Shown: positions 16,223 through 36,893 of the stretch, in pieces
How the letters are laid out: each line of letters begins with the position of its first letter
Numbering within the stretch: position 1 is the first letter of the stretch
Origin: the human T2T-CHM13v2.0 reference genome, Homo sapiens
NCBI RefSeq assembly: GCF_009914755.1
Contig: NC_060942.1
Reading direction: 5' to 3' (one strand)
DNA length: 64,000 bases
The notes under the pieces: generated by a model
Database searches by the model: none
What the model saw: the letters and a program-made list of their open reading frames with translations, nothing else
Told to the model about the DNA's origin: nothing
Made by a program: the position numbers and the translations under genes

Positions 16223-17566
16223 CTAAAAGTACTTGCTGGGTTACACTAAATGAAACCTAAAAAACAAATAGATAAATAATAAAGGTTACACACAGCAGAA
16301 GCTTTGTTAACAAATTAACTTATATTAATAGTTGCTGCTGGGAAAACAAGCTGCTTGGTGACTTCCCTAAAGGGTGTCCCACGCATCTGGCGAATGAACA
16401 GACAGAGCTCCTGCTCCCGAGTGTCCTGGGAGGCACGTGGGCATGCCGCGTGGGTGGTCTGGGTGCTGCAGCGTGAGTTGTCCTGGGTGTGGAGTGTCAG
16501 TGCCTGCAGACCCACACTGCCTCCTCCTTCAGGGCTCACTGGCAGTTTTCTTTCCACCGCTTCAGTTTCCTACTTGAAGTCAGGTTTAAAAAGGAGAAGA
16601 ATTGCACATTCCTCCTCAGTTTCTTAGAAACTTACCTTTGTGCCTGAGTCATTTCTAGTCCCTCTGGACCTGAGTCATATCTGTTCGCTGCTTTGTCAAC
16701 CTTGTGCCCAGTTTAAGCTTTCGTAGTTGCTCCTTGTATGTGTGTTTTCAGGGTGTGGAGCGTTTTCTTTAAAAACGTCATTGCAAGCCATTACAGAAGA
16801 GGAAAGTCACATAGCTACAGAAGACATGGAAAAACAGATTTAGTGCCTGAAGTTTCTAGGAAAACTGGCAGTGCTGACAGCACTTATGATCACGCCCTAA
16901 GTGGAATCATCACCTGTGTGTCTCCTGCAGGCTGCTGTTGTCAGGAGGCAGCCTCTCCACCCCCTGCCCCGGCTGCCATTGTGGCTTCTACCCACCATTT
17001 TTCCTCCTAGATCTGTTTGGGGAGCACCAGTTCCTGAGCAGGGGCTCTGGCTGGTGGGCCTGTGCATCACCTGACCTAGAAGCATGTGGACAACTGAGAG
17101 TGGAGAGGCAGTTCCTGCAAGGAGCAAGGCGTGCAGTGTAGATGAAGAACCAGAAGCCTGGGTTCACTGCATCTCATCTGCCTTGCCTGGCTAGGCTGAA
17201 AGCTCCAGGGGCAGACTGAGCCTGCCCAGGCTCTCCAGGAACAGCTGATGATTCCTTGGGTGTCTTGCTTAGTGCTCCTGGCTTGACTTGACCTGGTCTT
17301 CTTGGCTCAGAAGCCCCTGCTTATTCGTGGGTTTCTCCAGGGGGCCGGGGAGGAGGTCGCACAGCCTGAGATGATGTATGCGTGCACTTGTCGTATCCCA
17401 GGGTTGTATTTCTAGATAATTTATCAGCAAAATGGAGGGGCTGGATGACTCTGCATCCCAGGCATGAACTTCATAACCCAGCAGTGGAAGGATGGTCCCA
17501 GAGTGGATGGGGACCAGGGTGGTTACAGTGTGTATGGCAGCTCCCGTGCATAGAAAAGTGACATCG

Positions 17567-18047
<481 letters not shown>

Positions 18048-18231
18048 TTAATTCAAATGTAAGCAGCCATATGCGGTGACTGGCTACTGTAAGGCGCTGA
18101 GCGGTCACAGAGGTTTTCATTTCAGTCTTTCCATTCACACTCAAGTCTCCAGCCTTATCCAAAAGTTCATTGATGCCAAATCTTAGACCACATGGTTCGT
18201 GCGGGGAAAGTGGCTTCCAGGAGGCTGATGA

Positions 18232-19002
<771 letters not shown>

Positions 19003-20591
19003 CTTGTTTTTCACTTATTTTCTTTTTCTTACTCTCTGCAGGTCTCCTTTTTCTCTAGTACACATGTGAACCCGGCACAGGAACTGGATAGAAAACCTCT
19101 CGGCAAGGCCACATAGTCATGCACAGAACAGATGTTTGCTTAGCGCCTGCCCAAGGCCTCACCCTTAGTGAACTTGGGACAGTCCAAGAGTGTCAAAAGC
19201 ACTGCCCTGAATGCTTTAGATCTAGTCTTTTCTTTGATCCTGAGAATGCCTTTGGAAGGTGTAAACAGCGGCCAGCTCCACAGGGACCAGCCTGCAGAAG
19301 GTGGGCTGCGAATACACCTGACCACAGCATCTTCCCTGTGTGTGTGGGCCTGCGTGTGGGTGGGGTGCAGGAGGAAGGGTGACAGTGCATGGGGCGAGAG
19401 TGCTTTCCCTTGTTTTTGGCCTGAGCAGGGGGTGCTGGGAGTTGCCATTCGTGGAGGTAGAGGCAAGTAGAGAAAACCAGGAGTTCCCTTCTGTGCAGGT
19501 GAATCTTGAGAGAACATTGTCTCGGTCAGGTTCCTAGCAGGACAGACGCACACTCAAGTGAGGATTGTAGGGGGCCTTGTTTGCAGAGGGACTCATTACA
19601 AAGGAGGGGCCAGCCCAGGGCCTGCTGCAGAGTGCAGGAGCAGGCCGCCCATGTCCCTCTAGCAGGAATGTGTCAAGCAGGCCACATGGAGGAGTGGAGC
19701 CTGCACAGGGCACATGGGGCAGGGAGCGTCCCAGCCTCTCTCCTTCCTGCAGCCCCACCCTTGCTTGCTCCCAGAGGGAAGCTGGATTTGTGACTGGCCA
19801 ATGTAGCAAGACCCCACCTCTACAAAAATAAAAATACTAGCTGAATGTGGTGGTATGCATCTGTAGTCCCAGCTACTTGGGAGAACAAAGCAGGAGGATT
19901 GCTTGGATCCAGGAGTTTGAGGCTGCATGAGCTATGATGATACCACTGCACTCCAGCTGGGCAACAGATCAAGACCCTATCTCTTAAAAAACAACAACAA
20001 AAAAACCAGGGAAGTCAGATACCAGGGCAGGAAGGGCACCTTTGGGAAATGAACCAGCTGCGGGGGGGCTCTGTTTGTCACCTGTGTCTGCAGTTCAGGT
20101 GAGCCAGGCTGGGTACAGACGTGGGAGATCTCAGCTGCAAGTGACATTTAACCCCTCGGTGCCCAGGTATCAGCATTGACTGGGAGAATCAAAGTCAGAG
20201 TCCTGGGCCACCTTGCTTGGTCATATCTCATCAGCCTCCTCCCCTACAGACTGAAGTTAAAATCGAGTTTAGTTTTGCTTCAGAAGATCTGTTTTCCAGT
20301 GTTCTTCACGCTTGCATTTCTCTGCCTGGCCTGCTGGAATTCCCTGGTGCTCTTTCTGAACGCTGGCACTGAGGTGTCACTCTGTTTTCTAAATCCTGCT
20401 GAGTAGGTCCGCTGGCAGGCAGGTCAAAAAGCACATGGTTGTTTAAAGACTCTGCCTCTGTTTGACCCAGAGAAACCATGATGACATCTGTTTGCTGTGC
20501 CACCTTTTTCTTTAATGGGACTGGAAGCAATTTCAGGCACGTTATTCTGTGTCCTTGGTGCATTTTCTCAGGCTGGGTTCTTCCACTGCAG

Positions 20592-20696
20592 GTTCATTGC
20601 AGAAGAGGCCGCGGCTTCTGGGGCCAAGTGTGTGCTCACCCACAGCCCGACGTGGATCATCGACCCCATCGACGGCACCTGCAATTTTGTGCACAG
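20592..20696 (+). CDS. IMPA2: IMPA2 coding exon 3 (105 bp), with the metal-binding EE and WIIDPIDGT motifs
   Basis: ccactgcag|GTTC...CACAG|gtgagc; [34 protein letters not shown](R). DPIDGT is the inositol monophosphatase family signature. Confidence 0.99.
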
Positions 20697-22878
20697 GTGA
20701 GCTGAGCAGGGATCGCCTCCATTGCAGGGCTTAACATGTCCTCTTCTGTGAGGTTTTGTCTTTTCAAAAGCAGCATTTTTTAAGGCAGGAATATATAAAC
20801 AAACCTATAGTACACTCATAGTCTCATCAGAAAGATGATCAGATCTTGATATTTTTAAAATAAGGTTTTCCGTTTGTGAGAGGCTCTTGGAGTATGTTAG
20901 GAAATCTGCACTTGTTTAAAAACCAGTTTGTTATGTTAAAAATGTTGGGTTGCATTTAACAAGGACCCCTTGAAGGAGTCTGACTCCCCTCACACCCCAC
21001 CCCCACTGGAGAAAAAGGTGAGGTTGGGATACAAAGCCTGTGCTGCCCCACAGTGGCCCGGAGCCCAAGGTGTAGAGAGTGGCCTGTGACAGGTGAGACT
21101 TGAGAGCCAGCTTCCTGTATGAGAGCAAACCTTGTGGTTACAAAAAGCAGGAGGTTTGGGGAGGTCAGAAGGGCCCGTGTGGGGAGGTGAAGGGAATGGA
21201 GCTTCGGGGATGGTGAAGTGACAGGATGCAAAGGTGACAGGGACACGACCACAGGTGTTCTCTGGCAGTGGCAGGTGATGGTGCTGCGCTGCCTGTCTAC
21301 ACGCACAGGTGGCTGGGGGCCTGGGGCACAGAGCATGATGTGGCTTAAACGGAGCGTGGTTCTCCAGCTCTGGAGAACCCTGGAGAGATTCCCATTCCAT
21401 GGGCGGGTGGCTTGCAGCTCCTGCGCTCACAGTGCACGCCAGCACACTAGGCTGCACGCGCTAAGCAGGAAGGGTGAGCAGAGCCCGGGTGTGGGCTCCT
21501 TTATGATCTGCCTCTGATGGCATGTTTATATGTAAAACATGAAGTTATTCCATGCTAAGCACAGCCTTTTTCTAGGTGAGTTGCCTCGAGAATTCAGTTG
21601 TGCCTACATAAGGTGACCCTTTCGAGGCAGTGGAGTCGTGCCATCTGGTGCCAGCAAATGTGTCACCAATCTCTCCTCTCATTTCAACTAAAGCATGATC
21701 CTTCCCAGGGCTCTCCTCCCCAGAGTATGTCACTGAGTGGAGCCTCATTACTTCTGCCTGCTCGTGGTTCCAGGGTGCTCATAATGGTGACATGGCAGGT
21801 GAAGCCCCGTCACATGGTGAAGGCCACACGTCCATTCGAGGGTCTTCAGTGGCTCCAGAGACATAGTTTCCAGTGCTTTCCTGTCTGCACCCCTGGGGGG
21901 ATCCTGGTACTGGGAAGGTGACTGGGAAAAGAGCAGCAATTTCAGAACAGTCTCCAGAGCTGATCCTGACAGTTCCTGAACCCCACGCTATAGCTGTGGT
22001 GATTGTTGTGGTCTGAAGACATCCGAAAGCCACCAGCATCTGCCACTCAGATGGCGCCTGTTCACCCCTGTGCCCACCAGTGCTGGGCCACAGCAGTGGG
22101 AGAAAGCTCTCCTGGGCACTGGAACAAGCGTGAGGCCTGGCACATGGTGCATTTGCTCTGGAAGCCAGCGGCTCATCCCAAGGTCCCACACACCCTGGCA
22201 GTCAGAGTTGCATTTGTGTACAATTGGTTTTGCATTTTTCCTGTCAGTTTGCAGTACCCAGCCTTTCCTGCCTGTTTTTAAGCTCCAGTGATCTCCCTAT
22301 AAAGGAAGGATTATTTTGAAGATATTGAGCGGCAATAGCAGAATCACAAAACTGCAGGCAAACTGATCATGAAAACTGTCTGCAGCCGTGGCTGTCCCTG
22401 CAGCTGGCTACTGGGCACTCAGGCAGGGATGCTAGCAGTGCCACAGGGTGAGCTGTGGCTCAGAACTGGCCCCCATGGGGAGGCTGTGGTGCCTTCTGGG
22501 ACCACCTGCCTGGCGCCCCACCTGGGACTGGGTCTGGCCTTTGGGGAGGGCTCTGCTGTCCCTTTAGGTCTGGAGAACCAGAAAACAGATGATTGAGATC
22601 CTTCCTAATTGGGCTTCAGAGGGTTGTTGAGTTACATCAGTCTTATGTGACTTTCACAGTGCTGTTTTCTTTCAAGGTTAACTGTCTTACGACATGGTCA
22701 GTTTATTCTGTTTGTCTTGGAAGCAGTTAGTGAAACTGTGGGAAGTAGTTTTTAAACAACCAACCCACCCAGAGTGTAGGAAGGTCCTTCTGAGCCTGCG
22801 GGGAGCCGCACAGCACACAGGCTCCCGAGAGCTGCCGCTCTTGTTCCAGAGAGTAAACCTTTCTATTTTCCTTTGCAG

Positions 22879-22924
22879 ATTCCCGACTGTGGCGGTTAGC
22901 ATTGGATTTGCTGTTCGACAAGAG
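22879..22924 (+). CDS. IMPA2: IMPA2 coding exon 4 (46 bp)
   Basis: ttcctttgcag|ATTC...CAAGAG|gtgcgg; FPTVAVSIGFAVRQE; phase matches exons 3 and 5. Confidence 0.97.
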
Positions 22925-24973
22925 GTGCGGGTGTGGCCCAGGTCCCCAGGGCCCCTCCCTGGGCTCCCTCTGGCCATCCTTCCTTTCTGGCTTCAGCCTC
23001 TGTGCGCCTGGTTTGCTGTTTGCCCTGTGCCTTAATCATGACTGGCAAATCCAAGCCTGTGGGTTTCAAATCCGAGAAAATAAACAAGTCCAGACTGGCT
23101 TTGGGGTGTGCGGGGTGGGGCTCCGTGGCTGGCCCTTGTCCCCCGTGGAGGGCTGGCCTCGTGTCACCCGTGGTCTATTTGTGACACTGCTGTGGAAGCG
23201 GAAGTCTTAAGTGAACGGTCCAAGTGCATCTCCAGCTGACCCCTAGAGCGTGTGATCTCACAAACTAAAAGGAGCACTTAGTTTTGGAGAGCATCCTCAA
23301 TCCCAATATTCTAATAATTCTTTCTTATCTTCCTCTGGTTATTAGCATGAGAACATAGCTCTTTCATGGTTCCCATAGACCTTCTGAACTACACAGTGTT
23401 GTGCGACCTGCATGGAAGGCGTGGGGCTGAGGTTTAAAGCTTATTAAGTAATTCAAGCAGCAGCACTGAGAAGAGCCTTAATTTCTTTCTAATTGAAACA
23501 GTTTTATTTAAATAGGGCCGAGGGCTGCATGTTTCTCAAAAGCAGCCCTGCTTCAGAGCAGCATTTGTGCAGCTTCACCTTAGTCTCAGCACAGACTCCC
23601 TGGCAGGGGAGCTGAGAGAAGTACTTAAGTTGAAGTATTTAAAGTTAAGTACTAAAGTATCTCAAAGTACTTAAGCTGAAGATAAGTAAGAATTGTAATA
23701 CTGTAATTTGTCTAAGGATGCAATGATTGACTTCTTTCTCTGTTAAATAATATTGTGGTGCCCAGAGTGGGTGGGAGGCTGAGCAGTACTTCAGGGGTTG
23801 ATTGATGTTCTGTGACTGTGTGAAGGGGCTGCTGGAACAGCTGGCTAGGTCCTTGGCCCTTCTGTGGGTTGGCTAGGGTCTGTCCTATGTTACTACACTG
23901 AATACGGGAGCTCCTGGCTTTTCGTGGTGGGCTCCTCCCCATGGGAGTGGGGGACATTCCTCTGCACTCTGGGAGCTCTTCACAGGCCTCAGGAACCAGC
24001 CGAATTCTAGGACTGACCTGGTCATGAGGATTCCTTTAAAGCCAGGGTACCGGAAGGGGAAGGATGATGAAATGCTGCCAGACACCTGCAGGCCCTGAAA
24101 AAGCGTTGACTGAATGACGCCTCCAACCGCCAGAAATAAACCCTTTCTCTGTAGCTTGGGGTGTCCACTCTAGGGTGTTTGTGCTCACCCCAGGGCCAGC
24201 CAAGGCTTTCCTAAGGCATTTGGCCAGGGTGTTTTTTTAATTTTCCAGAGAGGTGAACACTTGGCTAACTTGCTAAGCAAGCATGCTGGCCCTTGTTAAC
24301 CCTGAGTGGTGAAAAGTCGGTAGAGGAAAGATCACAGAGGCACGCGGCCGTGGGCTGCCGTCCTTTTCCACGCTGACCTCTTCCTTTTGCTGCTTCATCC
24401 TGGGAGGCTGTGGTCTGATGCTTTGTTCCCTGATGTGGGGCAGTCGGGCCACTGTTCAGCGCACTGCCTGCTCACGGATCAGTCCCCAGTCTGCGGCGGT
24501 GCCTCTTCCTCGCTGGGGCTGTCCTTGGGCTTCTGAGATTCCGCTGGCTTTACAGATGCATTCTCCATTCTTCACACATCAGCAATTTTGAGGATTTCTT
24601 GTGGGGTTTGGTTAGAGTCACAAGTAACATTCTTTTTTTCAGCAACAAAAGGGGCCTTTCTAAAAAATTAAGCTTTTTCAATAACTTCTGGTTACTAATA
24701 CTTGATTATGATGTTAATTTTTAAAGTTTTGTTTGTCTGAATATATTTTAAAATTGTACTTATTTAGCAAAAGCAAGCTTGCTTTTATGTCCAGGTCTCA
24801 TTTTAAATGCAGGCACTGCTTTTTCTCAGTTCCTTTTGGAAAGGTAATTTCTGTCACAGTGTAATGTGTTATCCTAACGCCTAGCGCAGCCTTCATCTTT
24901 GAATAACAATGTTTTTTCCCACATCAAACGAGTGAACCATCTTTGTTTTCTGTCCTGCCTCTGCCGCCCACAG

Positions 24974-25082
24974 CTTGAATTCGGAGTGATTTACCACTGC
25001 ACAGAGGAGCGGCTGTACACGGGCCGGCGGGGTCGGGGCGCCTTCTGCAATGGCCAGCGGCTCCGGGTCTCCGGGGAGACAG
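24974..25082 (+). CDS. IMPA2: IMPA2 coding exon 5 (109 bp)
   Basis: cccacag|CTTGAA...GAGACAG|gtgggc; LEFGVIYHCTEERLYTGRRGRGAFCNGQRLRVSGET. Confidence 0.98.
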
Positions 25083-25660
25083 GTGGGCTTCACAACGCTC
25101 GTCTCAGTTTACTTCTGAAAGAAAAGTGTGAAAGGAGAATGCCAAAGCCACCATGATGTGGGACGGTGGTGGAGGTCCCTTGCTGATGGTGTCATCTCTT
25201 TTTAGGGACATCGTGTCCCTGATGAACTGGAAATGGAGCCAGTTCTGTATGTTAGTGTTTTTGTTCACGTGGCCAGGAGCTTTAAATAACCTCATTCTGC
25301 TTTGCGCTCACATCCCTCATCTTTCAGGCTGAAAGTACTCCAGTCGCAGTCACGATTTGGTTGTAGTGGGATTGGGTGAGCAGCCCGAGGCCAGGTGCTT
25401 GTTCCCCTCAGAGCACCCGGCACACCTCGGTGGTCCCGATTTTGCCCAGGCACTGCTGCCCAGGTGCAGTCTGTGGCCCCTGAGTGTGCACAACAGTAAC
25501 TGGCTTCAGCTTCTGTGAGAAGAGCCATCCTGGGGAATGAGTCATGTGAAGAGGCACCTTAGCCCCTCTGCAGTTATGGCCTGCCGTGATTTCCTTAGCC
25601 CAGAATCTCAGGGTCATCCAGTGGCTCTGAGAGAGGGGTTCCCATTCCCTGCATACTGCC

Positions 25661-25826
25661 TGGAACCGCCTGTCCTGAATGGGCCAGTTTAGGTTTTCAC
25701 TGATTCTTTTCGGCCTTTCTCCCACATGGATGAATCTGGTGATATTTTAACTGCATTGTGAGACAGGTACTGTAGGGAACAGAAGAATGCCAGACAAATG
25801 AGAGAAGCCTCAGACTAGCAGCAGCT
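25661..25826 (+). repeat. Left arm of non-Alu inverted repeat
   Basis: Reverse complement of 26842-27006, ~8 differences in 166 bp by manual alignment. Confidence 0.95.
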
Positions 25827-26841
25827 GCATGGGAGATTTTACAAGCTCCATAATACCTGCATGTCTGGGTTTGAAAAGGCGGAAGTGCACTGCTGCTTGT
25901 TTCTGCCTTGTGTGTCTCTGGCGTGGACATCATGCAGGGCCCCCCATCTCATTCCCTGCCAGTTACACTCTTTCTTCTGCTCTCCCATCAGCCTCCCTGC
26001 CGCCTCCCCTCTTGACCCACTTCCAGCCTCTCTTAAAAATTCCTTTCCTGGCAACCTTTCTTCATTGTCTCTATTTATTCCTACTTCTTTCCTCCCTGGC
26101 TGATGCCTGTGTGCCCAGATGGCCTTCGAGGCAGCGAGAGGAGCTATGGCCATGGCCCATCTCTGCTGCTGTGAGCCCGTGCGGCCAGGAAAGTGGCGGG
26201 CCAGGATGGATGAGGTGTCAGGAGAGGGCCCGCCACTGTGTGAGGGACACGAAGGGCAAGATTGTGCAAAGGAGAGGAGGTGGCTGCAGGAGAGCCCAGA
26301 GCAGGGGAAGGGAGAAGTCATGGGGGCCTCTGAGGGGCAACCAGCAGTTGGACTCACCAGTTAGAGCTTCTGATCCCAGAGAGGCCTTGGAATGGCCTCT
26401 GGCCCTGCCTCACCTTCCCTCTCCAGAAGTGTTTTGTTTGGCAGTGAAAAAAGTAGCTTTAATTACAGCTGTGCGTGCCAGGAGGTGCCCACTCCAGCCT
26501 CATTGTGTAACTGGTGGTGAGGAAGCATGCTACTAAGCATGCTCGGGTGAACTTTGCTCTATATTTCACTGGATTATAACACTGAACTCTATTAACATGC
26601 TCTTGGCATCCTGGCTGCCCGCCCGTGTAGCTCAGTCAGGCTGCAACTCTGCGTCCTCCCAGCCTGCAGGCTGCTAGCTCAAGCACCAACTCCACTAGGG
26701 CAAGGGCTTTGTCCAGGGCCCCTTTATGTGGCCCCCAGTAGGCCTGGTAATTTCGTAGAATGAAGGAAACATGAAGTGCTCATGTTCTGAAACTCATTTG
26801 TGACTTTAGAAAAATTCTGATGGATAAAATGCATAGCAGAT

Positions 26842-27006
26842 AGCTGCTGCTAGTCTGAGGCTTCTCTCATTTGTCTGGTATTCTTCTGTTCCCTACAGTA
26901 CCTGTCTCACAATGCTATAAAATATCACCAAATTCCTCCATATGGGAGAAAGGCCAAAAAGAATCAGTGAAAACCTAAACTGGCCCATTCAGGACAGGCG
27001 GTTCCA
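26842..27006 (-). repeat. Right arm of non-Alu inverted repeat
   Basis: Reverse complement of 25661-25826. The ORF track shows the same peptide MGERPKRISENLNWPIQDRRF on opposite strands. Confidence 0.95.
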
Positions 27007-27133
27007 CGTGTTTTCTACCATGGTTGTTTTCTTTCCTATGGGTAGATGGACTTCAGGAGGTGACAGTGCATGCTCTTCAGCAGCACGGTCTCTTGGCACC
27101 ATGCAGACCCAATTTCAGATCCTGATTCTGCCG

Positions 27134-31201
<4,068 letters not shown>

Positions 31202-31818
31202 TCTTTTTTTAAATTGTAGAAGAGTTTTCTTGAATTACAGTTTTTAATATTTTTTTTATTTCCCAATTGTGTTGCTTTGTTTTTTGTCTTCTGGGACTTG
31301 AATGTATGTTGGGCTTTCACTATCATTTCCTCTTGTACTCTTTTTATCTTTTCCACCAATTATCTTATTTAAAAAAGTTTCCTCTTTTTCACCCTCAATT
31401 TCCTGCAAAGCATAATCTCTTGTGTTTATTCATTATGTTCCTTTTAGTTTGTCTTCTTTTCTGAAATATTTCCTTTATGTAATTTTTCCTAAGTTCTGTG
31501 ACCTGTGATTTGGATTATGCTCTTTTTTCCTGATATTCTTTATTACTCCTATTTTGTGGTTAGATTTCTTTTTTTTGGCAAAATTCTTTTATTGGCATAT
31601 ACATGTTACTCTGCTCCTCACTCTTTTTTTCTTAGGATAATTGTGTGTGGGATTCAACCATAGTTCTTTTTGGTTACCTACTGTTACTTGACATTGGATT
31701 CCTGGGCTTTGGGGGCTTGGAGGGCGGGGGTGGGGGCTCCAGACAGCATTTGTAGTTTCATGGTTCTAGAGCTCCCTCTTCATTGTTTTTGTGAAGTATT
31801 AAAATATTGGCCTTGTTA

Positions 31819-33825
<2,007 letters not shown>

Positions 33826-34967
33826 TATACTCTGTTCTTGATTTCATGTGGGAAAACGTATGTTGGCAAGAATGAGAAGGAATTAATTCAGGGTGGCCAG
33901 AAGAAGAAGGTGCTGGATTCAGAGCAAGCTTTTCACAAACAGGAAAACTATGGAAGAAACCCCTGCCTTCACACAATCACCAGACAAGCTTGGGTGTAAG
34001 TCTGGCCCCACCATGTAATGGCTCCATGGCCTGAGCAGCTCATGTCGCTTCTCCAAGCTTGGGTTTCTCATCTGTTGCACGGGGCAGTGGCACGTAGGCT
34101 GGGAAGTGCTCGCACAGGCCTGTCAGGAAGAGTGAGGACCTGGTCACTGTCAGCAAGTGAAAAATTGCTGTTTCTTGCACACAAATTAACTTCCCTTTGT
34201 GAAATACCCCAGGGCACTTGGTTGGAAGATCTCTGTGCTTCCTACACCAGCCCTGGCATGGGGAGTACCTGCCTGTCTAGGCTGGCACTGGCGGACTTTC
34301 CTCCACCCACCCGCCCTGTGCTCATCTCTGCCCTCAGGTGTGGGGAGACTGGGTGAGGCCTTTAAGAGTAGGTGCTTATCTCCCAATGGAAATTGATTGC
34401 TCAGCTTCCTAGTTCCTGGGGAGAAATCTTCAGTGTCTTCCTTCATCTCTTCCCAGGGTCATTAACACTGGTGCCAGCAAGTGCCCTGTGTGTTAGGATT
34501 TCACTGTCCTGATTTTACTGCTCAGAGAAAATCACTCTTAGAGTGTACCTCCAGGGTGAGCCTGCCTGTTAGGGACTTGGAAATAGTACAGGATCCCTCA
34601 TAGCCCAGTAGGGTTGAGGGGGCGTATGTATAATTGATTCAGCTTTCCCAGAGGGCAATTTGGAAAATTATATCAAAACCTAAAATATGCACACCGTTTG
34701 ATTCAGAAATCCCACTTGTGTTCATCTATCTCGAAAAAAATCAGTATGACTGTATAAACCTCTATAGAAAAGATGTTTATGAAGCATTGTTTACAATAAA
34801 AATGAAAATTGTTCATCTTCAGGGGAATGGTGACATAAATTGCAGTTATTGCACCAGATGGAATAGAGTGCGGCTGTTAAGAGTAAGATACTGATGGCAA
34901 AAGATGTATATGAGATGTTTTTATATTGAAAGAGTGAGCAACAGAATAAGCTATAAAATCATTTTTA

Positions 34968-35312
<345 letters not shown>

Positions 35313-35499
35313 TCACTTTCTTGTCCCCCATGGCCTCCTCTGGGACAATTCATTCTTCCTTGATTTTCCTGGCCAAAGTATCATGCAAGCCATCCCATTT
35401 TTTTCTTTTCTCCTTCCCTTCTTTCCTTTTCCTCCCTTGCTTTTCTCCCCCTCCCTCCTCCCTCCCTGCCCTTCCTCCCTCTTTCTTTCACTTTGTTTT

Positions 35500-36690
35500 T
35501 TAGAGTAACGGTTTTAGGTTCACAGCAAAATTGAGCAGAAGGTGCAGAGAGACAGAGTTCCTATACACCTCCTGTCCCCACACACGTACAGCCTCCCCAT
35601 CCATCAGCATCGCGTACAGAATGGTGCATTTGTTAAAATGAGACACATTATTATCACCCAAGGTTCATAGTTTTCATTAGGCTTCACTGTTGGTGTTGTA
35701 AGGCATCCACCATTACAGTATCATATAGAATATTTTCGCTGCCCTAAAAACCCCCCATGCTCCGCCTATTCTTCCCTCCCCTGAGCCTCTGGCAACCACT
35801 GATCTTTTTACTGTCTCCATAGTTTTGCCTTTTCCAGAATGTCATGGAGTTGGGGAATCATACGGTGTGTAGCTTCTGAGATTGGCTTCTTTCACCCAGC
35901 AATATGCATTTAAGGTTCATCCGTATCTTGTCATGCTTTCTCATTTCCTTTAAGTGCTGGATAATATTCCACTGTCTGGATGTACCACAGTTTATTTATT
36001 CACCTACTAAAGGACATCTTGGTTGCTTCTAAGTGTTGGCAGTTATGAATAAATCTGCTCTTAACACTGGTGTGAAAGTTTTATGTGAAAACAAGTTTTC
36101 AACTCCTTGGGTGAACACCAAGGGGCACGATTGCTGGACGGTATGGTAAGAGTATGTTTAGATTTGTAGGAAACTGCCAAGCTATCCTCCAAAGCAGATG
36201 CACCATTTTGCATTTCCACCAGCCATGCATGCGAGTTCCTGTTGCTCCACATCCTGGCTGGCACTTGTTGTAGTTAGTGTTGTTTCTCCATTCTAACAGA
36301 TGTGTAGAGGTGTCTCGTTATTGTTGTTTTGAGACGGAGGCTCACTCTGTCACCCAGGCTAAAGTGCAGTGGTGTGATCTTGGCTAACCGCAACGTCTGT
36401 CTCCCAGGTTCAAGCGATTCTCCTGCCTCAGCCTCTTGAGTAGCTGGGATTACAGGCACGTGCTGCCATACCCGGCTAATTTTTGTATTTTTAATAGAGA
36501 CGGGGTTTCACCATGTTGGCCAGGCTGGTCTCAAACTCCTGATCCTCCCGCCTCAGCCTCCCAAAGTGCTGGGATTACAGGCGTAAGCCATGCTCCTGGC
36601 TTTGTCTCGTTGTTAATCTGCATTTCCCTGAGGACATATGATGTGGAGCATCTTTCTATATGCTTATTTGCCATCTGTATCTCTTCTTGT
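35500..36690 (-). mobile_element. Old L1 (L1M-type) 3' fragment with an inserted Alu (~36320-36600)
   Basis: ctggcaaccactgatc...ttttgccttttccagaatgtcat...ggatgtaccacagtttattt...gttgctccacatcct, typical antisense L1M 3' region. Confidence 0.8.
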
Positions 36691-36785
36691 GAGTCCAATT
36701 TCTATTTTTTAATTTTAATTTAACACGCATTCCCCAGATTACCATATTATTATATTTCAAAAGAGCATTTTTTTTTTTTTTTTGA

Positions 36786-36893
<108 letters not shown>

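Noticed and set aside
25829-26536. 235-aa ORF starting just inside the inverted repeat, suggesting a TIR transposon with a transposase
   Set aside because: No DDE or DNA-binding motifs, no TSD outside the arms, and composition looks like random intronic translation.
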